NCBI GenBank assembly: GCA_964016885.1
Contig: OZ024745.1
Span: 56,916,001 to 56,980,000 of the forward strand
Length of the DNA stretch: 64,000 bases
Direction of reading: 5' to 3'
Source of the DNA: Eledone cirrhosa
Lineage: Eukaryota
The notes beneath the pieces are model-generated. The model was not told where the DNA came from and searched no databases. It saw only the letters and a list, made by a program, of their open reading frames with translations. Shown one piece after another: positions 12,811 through 26,840 of this stretch (positions within the stretch are counted from its first letter, which is position 1; the number at the start of each line of letters is the position of its first letter). The position numbers and the translations under genes are program-made.

Positions 12811-13127
12811 TATTGTTATACTTGGTGAGGGTCATATTGTTGTAATAATATTGCCATACAACAGGAGGAACATAATAGTACCACTAATGATGTTGCAGAT
12901 GCGCAACGAAAGGACTTTGTTAGACTATATATATATATATGTGTTTATATCTATATTATATCTGTGTTTTTGACCGTTGGTCAGTCAATGGTAAACATTG
13001 AGGACCGAATGGATTAACTGTGGAGATATAAAAGATACAGAGGCGAAAACCAACCAAACAGTGAGAGTGTTCTATCATTTGTGGCAATATTATTACAACA
13101 ATATAATCCTCCCCAAGTATAACAATA
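12811..13127. mobile_element. Family B element with a 46-bp inverted terminus (12811-12856 / 13082-13127)
   Basis: Other copies at 26241 and 42290; degenerate hammerhead-like CTAATGA-TGTTGC..GCAAC-GAAA at 12884-12911. Confidence 0.75.
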
Positions 13128-13304
13128 TTTGATTCGACACACGATTCCATATCAAAAACCTCGCAAAACAAATATATATATATATATATATATAAATATA
13201 TATATATATATGTATATATATCTATATGTATATATATCTATATGTATATATAACTATATGTATATATATCTATCTGTATATCTATCTATCTATATATATA
13301 TATA

Positions 13305-13483
13305 CTAGAACTTTTTTATTCGAAAGAAATCATCAGAAAACCACAGGGCTATCCTGATGATTTCTTTCGAATGAAACAGATCTAGTCCTGTAAAACCCAT
13401 TTCTATATTAAATTGTGTATATACTCTACTAATGTTTTGAGTACATTACTTACTGTGGTTACCTCTGATTGCACCCAGGACTC
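13305..13483 (+). mobile_element. Family C fold-back with hammerhead core
   Basis: CTGATGA-TTTCTTTCGAAT-GAAAC-AGATCTA-GTC (13354-13387) preceded by its inverted copy; terminus shared with 14366, 23842, 38960, 49838. Confidence 0.75.
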
Positions 13484-13552
13484 ACATACATCTATCTATC
13501 TAACTCTCTATATGTGTGTGTGTGTGAGTGTTTGTGTGAATGTATAAATCTT

Positions 13553-13592
<40 letters not shown>

Positions 13593-14014
13593 TTCTGTGT
13601 GTGTTTGTGTGTGTGTGTTTGTGTGATGTGTGTTTGTGTGTGTGCATGTGTGTTTGTGTGTGTGTGTGCATTCAGTCATACGGGTATGTATGCATATATA
13701 TAATCCGCCTGCCTCATTGGAGAGTAATCGATCTATATGGAATGTTAATAATCATTCATTGAATTATAATGTAAACAGGAATTTCATGCCAGTAATTGAA
13801 AAGGCCTTGAATTACAAGTATGATCCACCACATAATCTGACGAAGAATTTCAATACATACATGCAAGGTGTGGTAAGGTGTAGAGAAAGATAACAGTCTA
13901 GAAAAATGGATGGACTTCCGAACGGTTTACGTCTACGATATTTCACATATAATCATCCCTAAAAGTGTGACTCTAGTCGAATTGTACGCAAGTACAAGAC
14001 GATACTCGGGGATT

Positions 14015-14077
<63 letters not shown>

Positions 14078-14311
14078 TAGCAATCATAGAATTATTCATC
14101 TTTTTTGTTGTTCTTTATTGGGGGGGGGGGGGGCTTTTAAACCCTGTCATTTTTCCGGACAGTATGATAGTATATATATATATATATATATATCCTCCCC
14201 CCCCATATCGTAAATATATTTCCACCCACCCTCACCCACTCTCAAGTGTGAAACTAAACACAATATCATTTGTGCTGCCTCTCTGTTTTTTTGTTCTCTG
14301 TTCATTTATGA

Positions 14312-14365
<54 letters not shown>

Positions 14366-14551
14366 GTTATTCCGGGTTGAATCGGAGGTAACCACAGTAA
14401 GTAAGGTACTCAATACATTGCAGAGTATAAAAGTTTTAATATAGATGAGATTCTACAGGACTAGAACTGTTTCATTCTTTAGAATGATTTCTAAAGAATG
14501 ATTTCTAAAGAATGAAACAGTTCTAGTCCTGTAGAATCTCATCTATATTAA

Positions 14552-14555
<4 letters not shown>
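14366..14555 (-). mobile_element. Family C fold-back in (TA)n
   Basis: ~53-bp inverted arms; fold inside the hammerhead core with a 14-nt duplication ATGATTTCTAAAGA at the junction. Confidence 0.8.
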
Positions 14556-14616
<61 letters not shown>

Positions 14617-14985
14617 GATCCGAAGGCATGGTATAAATTCCCAATCATTTTAATAACGACACATATTTGAATACGAGATAGATCGATCGTGCGGCCATGA
14701 TCGATTATCACTGATCTCGTCAGGTGAAAATGAATTGGCTTCAAATCCTTGATATGAGGGAGAAAATTTAACGATGTTCACTCAATAGAGTCTTGTCCCC
14801 CATATGAAGATTAAGCAGCCAAAACACGCCGACTGCTATCGTCCTTAGTTAGGGTCATAAAACTATCAAGTCTCTATCTCTCAATAGCTGTAGAAGACGC
14901 TGGACGGGTCTAATCTCAACATCAAATCTTTAGAATTACAGTCGGTCACAATTAGTGACCGACACACACTCACACACGACGCGTG

Positions 14986-15335
14986 GTCAAAGAAAGAATA
15001 CATATATACCAACATAGTATTCCCCGAAAGTTAGTTTACGAGACAAGAAATGTTATATTGGTCAAATCTCAATTTGACGATGTAAATTGGAGAAATTGGT
15101 TCAACCGCAACCTTATACACACGCAAGTAAATTCAGTTCAATGTTCTGCTATACGTGTATCGATTGAATTGTAAATAGTGTATGTTTTGGTATATACACA
15201 TCCGTATCGTCTAAAAAACTGTATGTTTTGCTATATACACATCCATGTGAAGAGCAAGTAGTCAGCTCATATCGAACTCTGTATGTGTCGTTTTCCCATT
15301 GAGAATCTGAGTCCCCAAATCTGTGCGTGCAAGCA
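14986..15335 (+). pseudogene. Frameshifted GIY-YIG endonuclease remnant
   Basis: Pieces in different frames: VKERIHIYQHS, LVYE, CYIGQIS, SAIR, NLCVQ, in the order expected for a PLE endonuclease. Confidence 0.5.
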
Positions 15336-15942
15336 ACCGCCATGTAGGCCACCAAGGGGCTCTGTGTAGGGTTGGGTATTTGGGTTAAGGTGTCAGTATG
15401 TGCGTTTTCCCGTCACATGGGCCCTTGGGCTTTTAAGATAGGTGTTTGGGTGGTGGTGGTGTCTTACCCAACACATAAATTAAATAAAATAAAATAAAAA
15501 AGAATAGCTAAACCCTGAGGATGTGTGTAAGCCCATTAATGGTGTGTAAGTGATATTGTCCAATCAGTAACCGTAAGCACTCCATGGTTAGATGATCACG
15601 GATCAAAACCTAGTGTAGTATTCAATTGATAGGATCGTGACCAGTCATAACTGTGGGAACTCCGTGTCTAAAGAAACCGGGTACTGTGTGTAGAGTCATC
15701 TATAAAAAGCGTAATCGGTCTTAACTGAGTGTGTAATAACCCCTAACTATTTACTAACCGAGAGAACGTCTTTTACAGCTATTGAGAGATAGAGACTTGA
15801 TAGCTTTATGACCCTAACTAAGGACGATAGGAGTCGGCCTGTTTTTTCTGCTTAATCCTCATATGAGGGACACAACACTAGTGAGTGAACATCGTTAAAT
15901 GTTCTCCCTCATATCAAATTTTCTCCCTCATATCAAGGATTT

Positions 15943-16016
15943 TCACCTGACGAGATCAGTGATAATCAATCATGGCCGCACGATCGATCTATCTCTTATT
16001 GAAACATGTGTCGTGA
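15943..16016 (+). ncRNA. Type I minimal hammerhead ribozyme motif
   Basis: TCAC-CTGACGA-(~47-nt stem II)-GAAAC-ATGT-GTC-GTGA; degenerate mirror copy ~14655-14727 on minus. Confidence 0.75.
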
Positions 16017-16177
16017 TTAAAATGATTGTAAATTTATACCATACCATCGGATATTTATTTTGATACAAATACTCCGTTTTACATCATCTAACTGTTCCCA
16101 TAAATGGAATTTGAGATATACAAAAGCGCAGAGAACTTAATATTGCTAAAAAAAGTTTATTGGACCGTATGACACAA

Positions 16178-16224
<47 letters not shown>

Positions 16225-16226
<2 letters not shown>

Positions 16227-16413
16227 TGGCTGCCAACTCGTTTTCGAGTACGGCCACTACTTTATATCCATGTAGGAGAACCACTACCGATGCGCTGAAC
16301 GAGCGTGACTTTTTAGTCCAGCCAGCGACTTGAAAACACTGGTACAAACACTACACTTGTGACAATTATTATTGACACATAGTGCTGGTCCCACGGTACC
16401 ATGTGACGGCAAA

Positions 16414-16416
<3 letters not shown>
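16225..16416 (-). mobile_element. RTE-clade LINE 3' fragment (last C2H2 finger plus 3' UTR) in (TA)n
   Basis: Encodes [22 protein letters not shown]; same 3' end as 25353 and 45228. Confidence 0.8.
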
Positions 16417-16481
<65 letters not shown>

Positions 16482-16486
<5 letters not shown>

Positions 16487-16631
16487 GTAGAACACTGGAA
16501 GGTAATATCCGTAGTGGTAGAGCACTCAGTCCATGGGACGAGTTAGGTAGAAGTGGTTGCACAACAGTTAGTTCACCATACCGAGAACATATGTTCTCGG
16601 CATGGTGAACTAACTGTTGTGCAACCACTTC

Positions 16632-16633
<2 letters not shown>
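16482..16633. mobile_element. Small fold-back in (TA)n with a loopless 86-bp palindrome (16548-16633)
   Basis: One mismatch; centre GAGAACAT|ATGTTCTC; unpaired ~65-nt tail on the left. Confidence 0.7.
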
Positions 16634-16662
<29 letters not shown>

Positions 16663-16718
16663 TGTAAATTTCCACGTTTCCTGTTTATTGTGACGCTGTC
16701 AACGATGTTCCACCTTCT

Positions 16719-16772
<54 letters not shown>

Positions 16773-16907
16773 CAGCTGAAGAAGAAGAAGAAGAAGAAGA
16801 AGAAGAAGAAGAAGAAGAAGAAGAAGAAGAAGAAGAAGAAGAAGAAGAAGAAGAAGAAGAAGAAGAAGAAGAAGAAGAAGAAGAAGAAGAAGAAGAAGAA
16901 GAAGAAG
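16719..16907. repeat. Compound (TAG)n-(GAA)n microsatellite
   Basis: Direct reading. Confidence 0.95.
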
Positions 16908-18392
16908 GATTGTTGATGATGTTCGGGTATTGCAAAATGTCAGTCATTGTCGAACATGTCTATCATCTAAAATCAATTCAGCCGTGATCGTCTTATCGAT
17001 ATTTCATTTATTTATTTAATTATTTACTGTAAACTAAATTTGATTTGGGTTAGATTTAGGAATTACCCCTAGTTGGACAAAATGGCCCCGTCAATGCTAC
17101 CTCTTGCATTATTAGTTGTAGTAGTAGTTGACATTGTTGTTGCTGTTCTAACGTTGATGGTGTCGGTTGAAGATGTGCAATAATATTTGAGTGGTCGTGG
17201 TTGTAATATGGAGTGTTAGTGGTTTTTGTGGTGGTTTATAGTGCAGTATGAAATGATAATAGTTATGTAGTGGTTGTATAATTACGTATGGAGAGATAGT
17301 TGTAGTGGCGTGTATTCATTAAATATTGCTGTTTTAATATCTCACAGTAATGATAGTGTTTGTGGAAATGGTATTTATATTACAGATATTTATTTCGCAA
17401 TAGTTGAATTACATTAGTTGTATTAATATGTGGTGTTTGTAAGTGTTTAGCCTGAGGTTATCACTGATCCAGAAGAACTTTGCCGACCCGACACTTTTCA
17501 TTTTGAGGGTATAATGAATCAAGGATGACATTATCTACTGAATACTTACATTATCTAATATTCCTGGAATTCCTGTTGATTAGCCTCTGGGCAGATGCCC
17601 TCATTGAGGATACCTGTGATGAAAGTATTTTTTTGTATATGCAAGTTACCTAGGCACTAGTATATAATATTTTCTATAAAAGTATGATAGCGCAAGATTT
17701 TACTGCTATGTCTAGCTGATCAAGTGAACCAGAAGATACTCTCGTTGCCTCGTTTATATAATAGATAGTATAGAAAGGCTAGTGTTTCTACAACTGTTTG
17801 TGATTTTATTTGTGGTATATGTTGTAGCTTACTTAGATTATATCATGAGTAAAGACGTTCCAGCCATAACTACTCCTTCTGTTTTAAAATTATATATCCA
17901 AACTACTCTATATCCAATGCGTCCAATTGGAAGCGGATAGGGTGTGATGCGAGTAAGATTTAGCTATGTATACTAACAAAATCGAGCGACCGCGTAGAGA
18001 TTGTTTTGAGTGGCATGGTAGACAGTAGTAGTAATTGGTGGGAGATGCTAGTAGTATTCGATGAATTGAAGTTGGTGGTGTTTGTTATGTTAAACTTCGA
18101 ACATTGAAGTGTCATAAGAAAGCCGAATGTCTGGGGAATTTATCACCAGCAAGTTGCATATATTACAAATACCACTGAGAGAAAAATCAATATTTCGATC
18201 AATAAATCAATACGAAAAAGTTAATGGAGCTGCCTTTATGCATATCTATATATTTCACTCTACCGCCCACCCACTATCTCTCTTTCCCTTTACATATACA
18301 TACATATACATACACACACACGGGTATAAACAAAAATATATATATATGAGTGTGTGTGAGCATGCCTGAAAGTATATACCTAAAGACTAGGC

Positions 18393-18447
<55 letters not shown>

Positions 18448-18461
18448 AAATTATTTTAATT

Positions 18462-18504
<43 letters not shown>

Positions 18505-18775
18505 CTGTTACTATAAATAGATACATGCTGTGCAGCTGAAGTTCACCATATTGCAACATGTTATAATAATATGCAGAGTTGATTGATATCGGTAGTCGGT
18601 ACCGTTGTCGTGCATTTCCTACCTCACAAATGTCACGCTCTTTTGTAGTCTGCATAAACTTCTTTATGGCCTTTTATGTATATACATGACACAACATCAC
18701 ACGCGCAAACAAAGTACACGAACTCTCACACACACAGAAACACACACTCACACACACTCACATGAACCCCCCGCC

Positions 18776-18867
<92 letters not shown>

Positions 18868-20663
18868 CGTGATTGTGATATATGCATATGTATTTATACA
18901 CATGCAGGCACACGCATATATATATATATATATAAGTGTGTGTGTATATATATATATATATATACTAGAGACTGTGTGGGGGATGAAGATACAAATACAC
19001 GTATCATTATCTTAAAATGTAAAGTGAATCTTCAAGAATATCTTGGGGTTCAACTAACTCCATTCATTGAAATATAGTGTAAATGGTTTCGTTCTGCACA
19101 CACACGTGTTTCGAAATTCGTCAGGCATATTCATCGTAACACAATGTTTAAGAAGCTACAGCTAATTTATTCAATTATAATCGCAGATCACCCACGGGTT
19201 AATTTACCCATTTAGTAGTATATCGCGTTGACGTAAACTAATTTGCAAAACACTGAAGAAATTATCGGAATAAATATGTTCGTATTCTTGGGAGAACAGA
19301 CCTGTTAATACTCATCGTGAATTTCGCCTTGCAGGTGGCTGTCTTGCACAGCTTCTACAATAATAGTGTCTCTATATTGAAACAGCTGATAAACCATTCA
19401 AACGTGCATATTTTATACCACGATTTTACAAAGTCCTTCAATAAAATATGATATGATCGTGACATAGTTAGAAATTAGATGAATGGATTCATGGCAGAGG
19501 CTAGATTTTTGCATTCGATGGAGTTAATTTGAAGGAATCATAACAGAAATATTTCTCCTAAAATAACGATTATTTGGCACCATAGATATCTCTGTCTTTT
19601 CAAAGTGATTAAGGACGTAAAAATCGGAATAATTTGCCAATGTTTCCTCCGGACATAGAATCATATTGCAGTTCAGCTTCCAAAGCAACTTGTAATTTAT
19701 TCGATACATTCAAACAGACGAAATATTTTCCCGGCGTATTTTGCAGAGAATTATACACGATTTTGGTAGAATATGACATACTTACTGTAATCCAAACTGA
19801 AGAATTTTCAATCATTCTTCAATCAATTTTTTAGTCAAAATATCTTGTTAATGATTTCATTTTATCATGTACTCTAATTATCGAATATTTTGACAAGTAT
19901 CCGTAATATTCATATTTTTGAATGAGTTATAGAGTGACAGCTTTAAAAGTTGATAAACTAATTAGCATCTAGTAAATAAAATATTGTTTTTACTTTATCA
20001 ATGATAAAATATCTATTTATTAAATTATGTATTTAATAAAGCGTGCAGTAAGCAAACTGTGAGATTTGAAGGGTGGGCACAATTATTCTATCATGACAGA
20101 GAACGTCCTAAAACTGCGATTCAATGCAAGACGAACGAAACACCAATATTCTTCAGGTGAACGACCTAACGTATGAATTATTTCATATATCTAGCAATGC
20201 TGATGGGGAGGAATCCTGTAACACCTCACTAAGTGCATTGATAACAAAGCAACTTGTCATAACCATTCCTTTCTATCACATTATAACTTCTATTGAATAC
20301 ATTTTGCATTTCTGTTTGCCTCAGTGATGTTTCATCTACTTCAATGAATATTTATTGTTATGTGAACTTGACCAACACAGAATTACGGTGCATTGGTAAA
20401 ATGATAAACGCTGTATAAAAGGTGTAAAAGTTATGAAATTAATATTTATGTTCAAGTAAAAACGTCAGTATATGGGAACTGCAGCAACTTCAAGTTTGAT
20501 AACGGGTATCTAGGAATATACCTGAGAACAATGTTGATTAAAATAAAATACTTTAATAAGTTTCCTACTCAAGGAATGTTATCTCATGAAGTTGATATCA
20601 AGTCATCAGTAACCGTTTTCTTACGCTTTTCACTTACACACACGCACACACACACGAACACAC

Positions 20664-20728
<65 letters not shown>

Positions 20729-20949
20729 ACAATACAATCCAGCGCACTCTGACTCTTGTTGGATAAAGCCCTCCCAGGTTGGCTTACGCTGCTTTCCATT
20801 TGGCTTTGCCCGTTTTCAGGGTGTAGCCGTTCTCAACACGCTTGGCTAATTGCAGGTTGGTGAGTCTATGTAACCCATAGTTGGGTGAACACTGGATCAC
20901 TCTCTCTCTCTCTCTGCTCAACTTTACATAGAGGAGGGATCCATATACA

Positions 20950-21625
20950 TCAAGGAAGGATGCCTGCAGCGGCATTTTTCTGTACCACGACCCCAACATT
21001 CCTTACAGAGCCCACATGGCCTAAATACGGAATGAGATCTGGTTATACAGCAGAGGCAGCGAGAGTGACTGGTGACATACTAGAACGGAGGAGTTCCAAT
21101 GAAGGCTCACTGAAAACGGCGAAAACGGCTACTCTACTTCTCTCCCAATACACCGAAGTATCAAGGCAGCAACAGGTTAAAACAAGGAGGATACGTACCA
21201 CAAGGGTAACATATGCGATCTAAAGCTGCCAAATCTCTCTGAGAAGACGACAGTTGCCATCAAAGAAACCATTCATAGGAAGGAACTGAATATATGGTTG
21301 GCGCACACGGGACCCCAATGGAGGAGACCGCTTCACCGACACCAACCCACAGAGCGATACATGCACACTTTATGATTGTCAGGCAGAAATGTGCGTGAGA
21401 GCAATGTTGTTTATATGATCATCTGCAAAACATATAGTTCCCTATACATCGGAAGGATTATAAGGAAGCTACACATACAGATCAAGTAACATAACAATGA
21501 GAGCCTCTTCTCCGTCAAACAACTTCCAGATAGATGCCGTGACCAAATCATTGAGGTCACCATACAGGTGACTGAAAGGAACTTGGAAAATATAAGGATT
21601 AAGTAGGCCCTGCTAAAATACACAG
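20950..21625 (+). pseudogene. Decayed Penelope-like RT thumb, Cys linker and GIY-YIG endonuclease
   Basis: NGY; KLPNLSEKTTVAIKETIHRKELNI; DTCTLYDC; SNVVYMIICKTYSSLYIGRIIRKLHIQIK*H...NIRIK*ALL (21400-21615), with stops and frameshifts. Confidence 0.8.
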
Positions 21626-21756
21626 TCAGATATTCCTCTTTGTTTTTTGTTTCATTTGTCATCATTTGCACTTCGTATTTTTTCACCGCATTTTACCGGC
21701 GCAAAATAAAGATATCGTTGTTTTACTACATCTCTCACAGTGATTTGTATAACCTA

Positions 21757-21820
<64 letters not shown>

Positions 21821-22352
21821 CTGTGTGTGTGTTGTGTGTATGTGTGTGCGTGTGTGTGTCTGTGTGTCGGTGTGTGTGAGAGAGAGAGAGAGAGAGAGTA
21901 GTAATCATTTTCATTTTTATGGTTCGTATTACGTTTTAGCCTCCAGAGGTATCGTTTAAGCACCAATGATTACAAATTTGCCAAATATCTTTACCAAACG
22001 AGATAGTATTCCAATCGTTTCACACAATAGTACACAATCGAAACGAATTTACGTGTCTTTGGTGTATCATTATCTCTCCAGGATTACACCATCAGTTTCT
22101 ATTGCAATGTACCAATGATCAATGTTGCCGTAAGATTCATGAGAAATTCCTCATGAAACTGCTGAACCACAAAATATATAAAAATAAATATCCGCTCCGT
22201 TTTTTCCTGAGTAGTGTGCTCTCTGATTCCCAACTAAAATGACGACCACCGAGTTAAATTCTTTCTCTTCAAACATCAAATTGCATAGCAGCCACACACT
22301 AAACGTAACAATGCATATAGGGGTTCTCTCTTATCAAGACCGTGCAAATATA

Positions 22353-22453
<101 letters not shown>

Positions 22454-22466
22454 TTATATATATATA

Positions 22467-22990
22467 TATATGAATATATGTGTAGTATATTGGGCAATAT
22501 ACGGTATGTTTAGTTAAAAACATTTAGAAGACCATACGCTATCAGTTTTAAAGTAGTGACTATGTCACTTACTTCATTTTTTTCGATGAAAGAAGGGAGA
22601 GAAGCTGATTGTCTGTTTCACGCTGGTTGGCGTTCATCAGAGCCACGAACTTCCCTGCTTCCGCCAAAAATTATAGAAGCTGGATTCTTATAGAATTCAA
22701 GTATTAATCAGGAGCTGATTATACAGAGCGATTGCCGGTCCAGCAAAAATTAGGTATTAGGATTGGTGCTTTGAAATAGCGATGTATATTTCGGCGGAAG
22801 CGGGGGAGTGCATGACTCTGATGAACGCCGACCAGCTTGAAACAGACTGTCAGCTTCTCTCCCTTCTTTCGCGGAAAAAATGAAGTAAGTGACAAAGTCA
22901 CTACTTTAAAACTTATTGCGTGTGGTCTTCTAAATATTTTTAACTAAACATACGGTATATTGTCAAATGTACTATACATACATTCATATA
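22467..22990 (+). mobile_element. PLE fold-back, ~205-bp arms (22467-22671 / 22788-22990), endonuclease C-terminus in the spacer
   Basis: Hammerhead in each arm; spacer reads KIIEAGFL*NSSINQE, like the GIY-YIG E...N C-terminal motif; (TA)n flanks. Confidence 0.8.
22815..22854 (+). ncRNA. Compact type I hammerhead ribozyme motif (mirror copy 22604-22643 on minus)
   Basis: Two-arm consensus GCT-CTGATGA-ACGC-CAACCA-GCGT-GAAAC-AGACT-GTC-AGC. Confidence 0.8.
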
Positions 22991-23016
22991 TGCATCGCTA
23001 TTTCAGAGCACCAATG

Positions 23017-23134
<118 letters not shown>

Positions 23135-23150
23135 CAAAGAGAGAGGGCGA

Positions 23151-23198
<48 letters not shown>

Positions 23199-23480
23199 CT
23201 CGAAAGTGATATTTTTTTAATATATGCGAACGGGTAAAAATGTAGTTAAAAGAATTTGATAACTCAGTTGGAGTCTTTCAGAAGGTTTCATAATTTTCAT
23301 GACTTTCGAGAGTCAAGAGAGATGGAGAAATGTGTGGCTATTCAGGCATGTAATAGGTGTTAAGAATACCATTCAGTTTTACACACAAAATGTGACTCAG
23401 ATTGGTATATATTCGAAGTACAATTTGATAGGTTGAAGAAGATCACATATATTTCTATATCTATCTATCACACACACACA

Positions 23481-23684
23481 GGAAAATAGTCAGGACGTCA
23501 ATGGCTGAGCTCCGGCCGTTTATACAGCTAGACCCAAACCTTTCCTATTAGCCAATCTACTAGCCTAGTTATCGAGTAGTCTGGTGTGTTATTTTCCACA
23601 TGGTTCCTTACCATAATTTCTTTGTTGTATATATATAAAAAGTATGACACCGGCGGCAGAGCTCAAGCCGTCTCGACGGCTTCG

Positions 23685-23686
<2 letters not shown>
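23481..23686. mobile_element. Two degenerate family A fold-back copies
   Basis: GGCTGAGCTC..GCCGTTT and GGCAGAGCTCAAGCCGTCTCGACGGC motifs plus family A tail. Confidence 0.6.
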
Positions 23687-23721
<35 letters not shown>

Positions 23722-23733
23722 TAGATAGATATA

Positions 23734-23783
<50 letters not shown>

Positions 23784-23795
23784 TAGATAGATATA

Positions 23796-23841
<46 letters not shown>

Positions 23842-23843
<2 letters not shown>

Positions 23844-23995
23844 TAAGTTATTCCGGGTTGTACTCAATACATAGTACTCAATCCATAGCTGAGTTTTAAT
23901 ATAGAAAAGATTCTACAGGACTAGAACTGTTTCATTCGTGAGAAATCATCAGCAATCTGGCTATCCAAGTAATTATAGTGGTATTTATATCTTTT
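23842..23995 (-). mobile_element. Family C copy with full hammerhead core (23912-23958)
   Basis: Minus: CTGATGA-TTTCTCACGAAT-GAAAC-AGTTCTA-GTC; stem I pairing weak; terminus abuts (TA)n. Confidence 0.7.
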
Positions 23996-24218
23996 CTGGT
24001 GGGGAGTGGAATGGGTGGAGGTCATTGGTTGAAAGAAAAGGGAATTCATTAAAAGCTAATTCTTTAAAGCTATAATTTATATTTACAGTGAGAAAGGCAG
24101 ACTGAATTATATAAACAAGTTCAAATTTTGCGTGCCTCTCCTTATTGTGAAGTTTCACTCAGGCTATATTTCAGGTGTCTACAAGCACATTCACACACAC
24201 ACATGCACACACACACAA

Positions 24219-24312
<94 letters not shown>

Positions 24313-24363
24313 TTATATGTATATATACATCATATGTACATATATACACACGCATATATATAC

Positions 24364-24444
<81 letters not shown>

Positions 24445-24449
<5 letters not shown>

Positions 24450-25010
24450 GGAATAGAATGAAACGAAATTTCATTTCTCACTCTTAGTACGTCACTTACT
24501 TAATTCGGGCTGTTTGTTTGTTTACAAACAAACAAACCGAGCATTATAATAAATGTTCGGTAAACCGATACGTGCATATATATATGTGTGCATGTATGTA
24601 TATATATACATACTACTGTACGTCTGTATTCATATATGTATGTACGTATACATACATACTTACATTTAAGTAAGTGCCGTACAAAGAGTGAGAAATGAAA
24701 TTTCGTTTCATTACATTCCATTTATCATTTTCGGTGTGCCCGGCCGACTGAAATCACTCGATATGAAAATTAGGCTGCTAAGCCGTTAATATGCATAAGG
24801 AAAGTATATATTTTCAGAGGTTCAACCATCTGGCAGGAATGTATACGATGCTGATGATAGATACAAACAAACAGACCGAGCATTATAATAAATGTCCGGT
24901 AAACCGATACGTGCGTATATGTATGTGTACATGTATGTATATATATACATACTACTGTACGTCTGTATTCATATATGCATGTACGTATACATACATACAT
25001 ACTTACTTTT
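24445..25010. mobile_element. Insertion with both an inverted repeat (24445-24503 / 24666-24724) and a ~140-bp direct repeat (24524-24664 / 24862-25007)
   Basis: Direct reading; (TA)n flanks; partial tandem plus inverted end is a PLE-like layout. Confidence 0.6.
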
Positions 25011-25046
25011 ATATATATATATATATATAAATATATATATATATAA

Positions 25047-25083
<37 letters not shown>

Positions 25084-25352
25084 CATATATACACATATAC
25101 ATGTAAATAGATATATATATATATACACACACATACACACATATACATACCTACATATATATATATATATATATACATAGACACACATATAATTATATAT
25201 ATATACACACATATATATATATACATATACATATATATATACACACACACAAATATATAAATATATATAGTTACATACACACATACATACATACATATAT
25301 ATATATATACATATATATATATACACCCATTTACATATATATATATATACAT

Positions 25353-25920
25353 GGTGGTGGCTGCCAACTTGTTTTCGAGTAGGCCACTACTTTACATCCA
25401 TGTAGGAGAACCCCTACTGATGCGCTGAACTAGTTTGACTTTTTAGTCCAGCCAGCGACTTGAAAACTCCGGTACAAACACTACATTTGTGACAATTATT
25501 GACACATAGTGCTGGGCCCATGGTACAATGTGACGACAAGTGCAGAGAGATCTCCAGATATAAAGCAATGCCTGTGCCGTGAAGCTTTTATAGTGAGCAA
25601 AGGCACTGCACAAAGCCAGTCCCACTCTCTTAACCAAGATGATATTTACCAAAAAGAAGAACAAGTCAATATCATTGGATACCATCAGGGTTGCAGGTGT
25701 TATAGCAGAGTTTTCCTTGTCCTAGAATTCTGCCTTGACAAAGGCTAAGGGGTCATCTCTCCTGGTGATTTTGGATGGCCATTGATTCTTAAGAGCTCCT
25801 TTGCCCTTTGACAGGATTCGTTTTTAGTCCTATAGGATGCCCAAAGTCACCCTCCTCAACAAGAAACCTTGGTGTGGTTGCCAGTTTAGTCGCCAACGAC
25901 CCGACCATAAGACAGGTTGT
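25353..25920 (-). mobile_element. Internally deleted (bipartite) RTE element: 5' UTR-like part fused to the 3' end
   Basis: 3' part matches 16225/45228; 5' part has GGCAGAATTCTAGGACAAGGAAAACTCTG, like the RTE 5' UTR motif GGCAACCAGTCTAGGAGAAGGAAAACTCTG; TA-rich repeats on both sides. Confidence 0.65.
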
Positions 25921-25923
25921 ATA

Positions 25924-26023
<100 letters not shown>

Positions 26024-26092
26024 CATTTATAAATATACATATACATATACATACATATATATATATATACATATATACGCACATATATATAT

Positions 26093-26145
<53 letters not shown>

Positions 26146-26240
26146 TATACATATATAAACACACAGGCACATATACACATATACACTCGTATTCACATGC
26201 ACATACACACACATATATACGCACATATATATATATATAT

Positions 26241-26510
26241 ATTGTTATACTTGGGGAGGGTCATATTTATGTAATAATATTGCCAGAATTAATAACAGAA
26301 CACACTCACTGTTTGGTTGGTTTTCGCTTCTGTGTCCTTTATATCGGTTAATCTAATTTATTCGGTCCTCAATGTTACCATTGACTGACCAACGTTCAAA
26401 AATACAGATACAATATAGACACAAACACATATATATAGTCTAAGAAAGTTCTTTCGTTGCACATCTGCAACATCGTGAGTGGTGCTATTATGATTCCTCC
26501 CGTTGTATTG
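26241..26510 (-). mobile_element. Family B copy, terminus at (TA)n
   Basis: Homologous to 12857-13127. Confidence 0.8.
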
Positions 26511-26725
26511 TATGCTTACGCCATCTTTATTTAGTCTGTATATTTATTTATTTATTTATTTATTAATTTAAACTTCTCTTAGGTCAGTGTTGTATGATTG
26601 GGTGTTGTTGTTATTCCATTTATTCTTTCTGTTTAGCCTTGGCCTTCTAAATTCTATTTCGCTGGCCTCCCTGATTTGCATATCTGCTGGGTCATTTCTA
26701 TGTAATATACATATATAAATACATG

Positions 26726-26840
<115 letters not shown>

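Larger units (their letters stand above)
14610..16060 (+). mobile_element. 5'-truncated Penelope-like element: inverted pLTR copy, decayed GIY-YIG, pLTR with hammerhead
   Basis: ~290-bp inverted arms 14610-14899 / 15767-16060; (TA)n at left and ~16181; hammerhead in both arms. Confidence 0.8.

Noticed and set aside
12811-13127. MITE or DNA transposon with 46-bp TIRs and TA TSD
   Set aside because: Other family B copies have only one terminus and variable truncation, which fits a retro fold-back better. Not fully excluded.
19500-19835. Possible exon or transposase fragment
   Set aside because: Short overlapping ORFs with stops and no recognisable motif or splice pattern.
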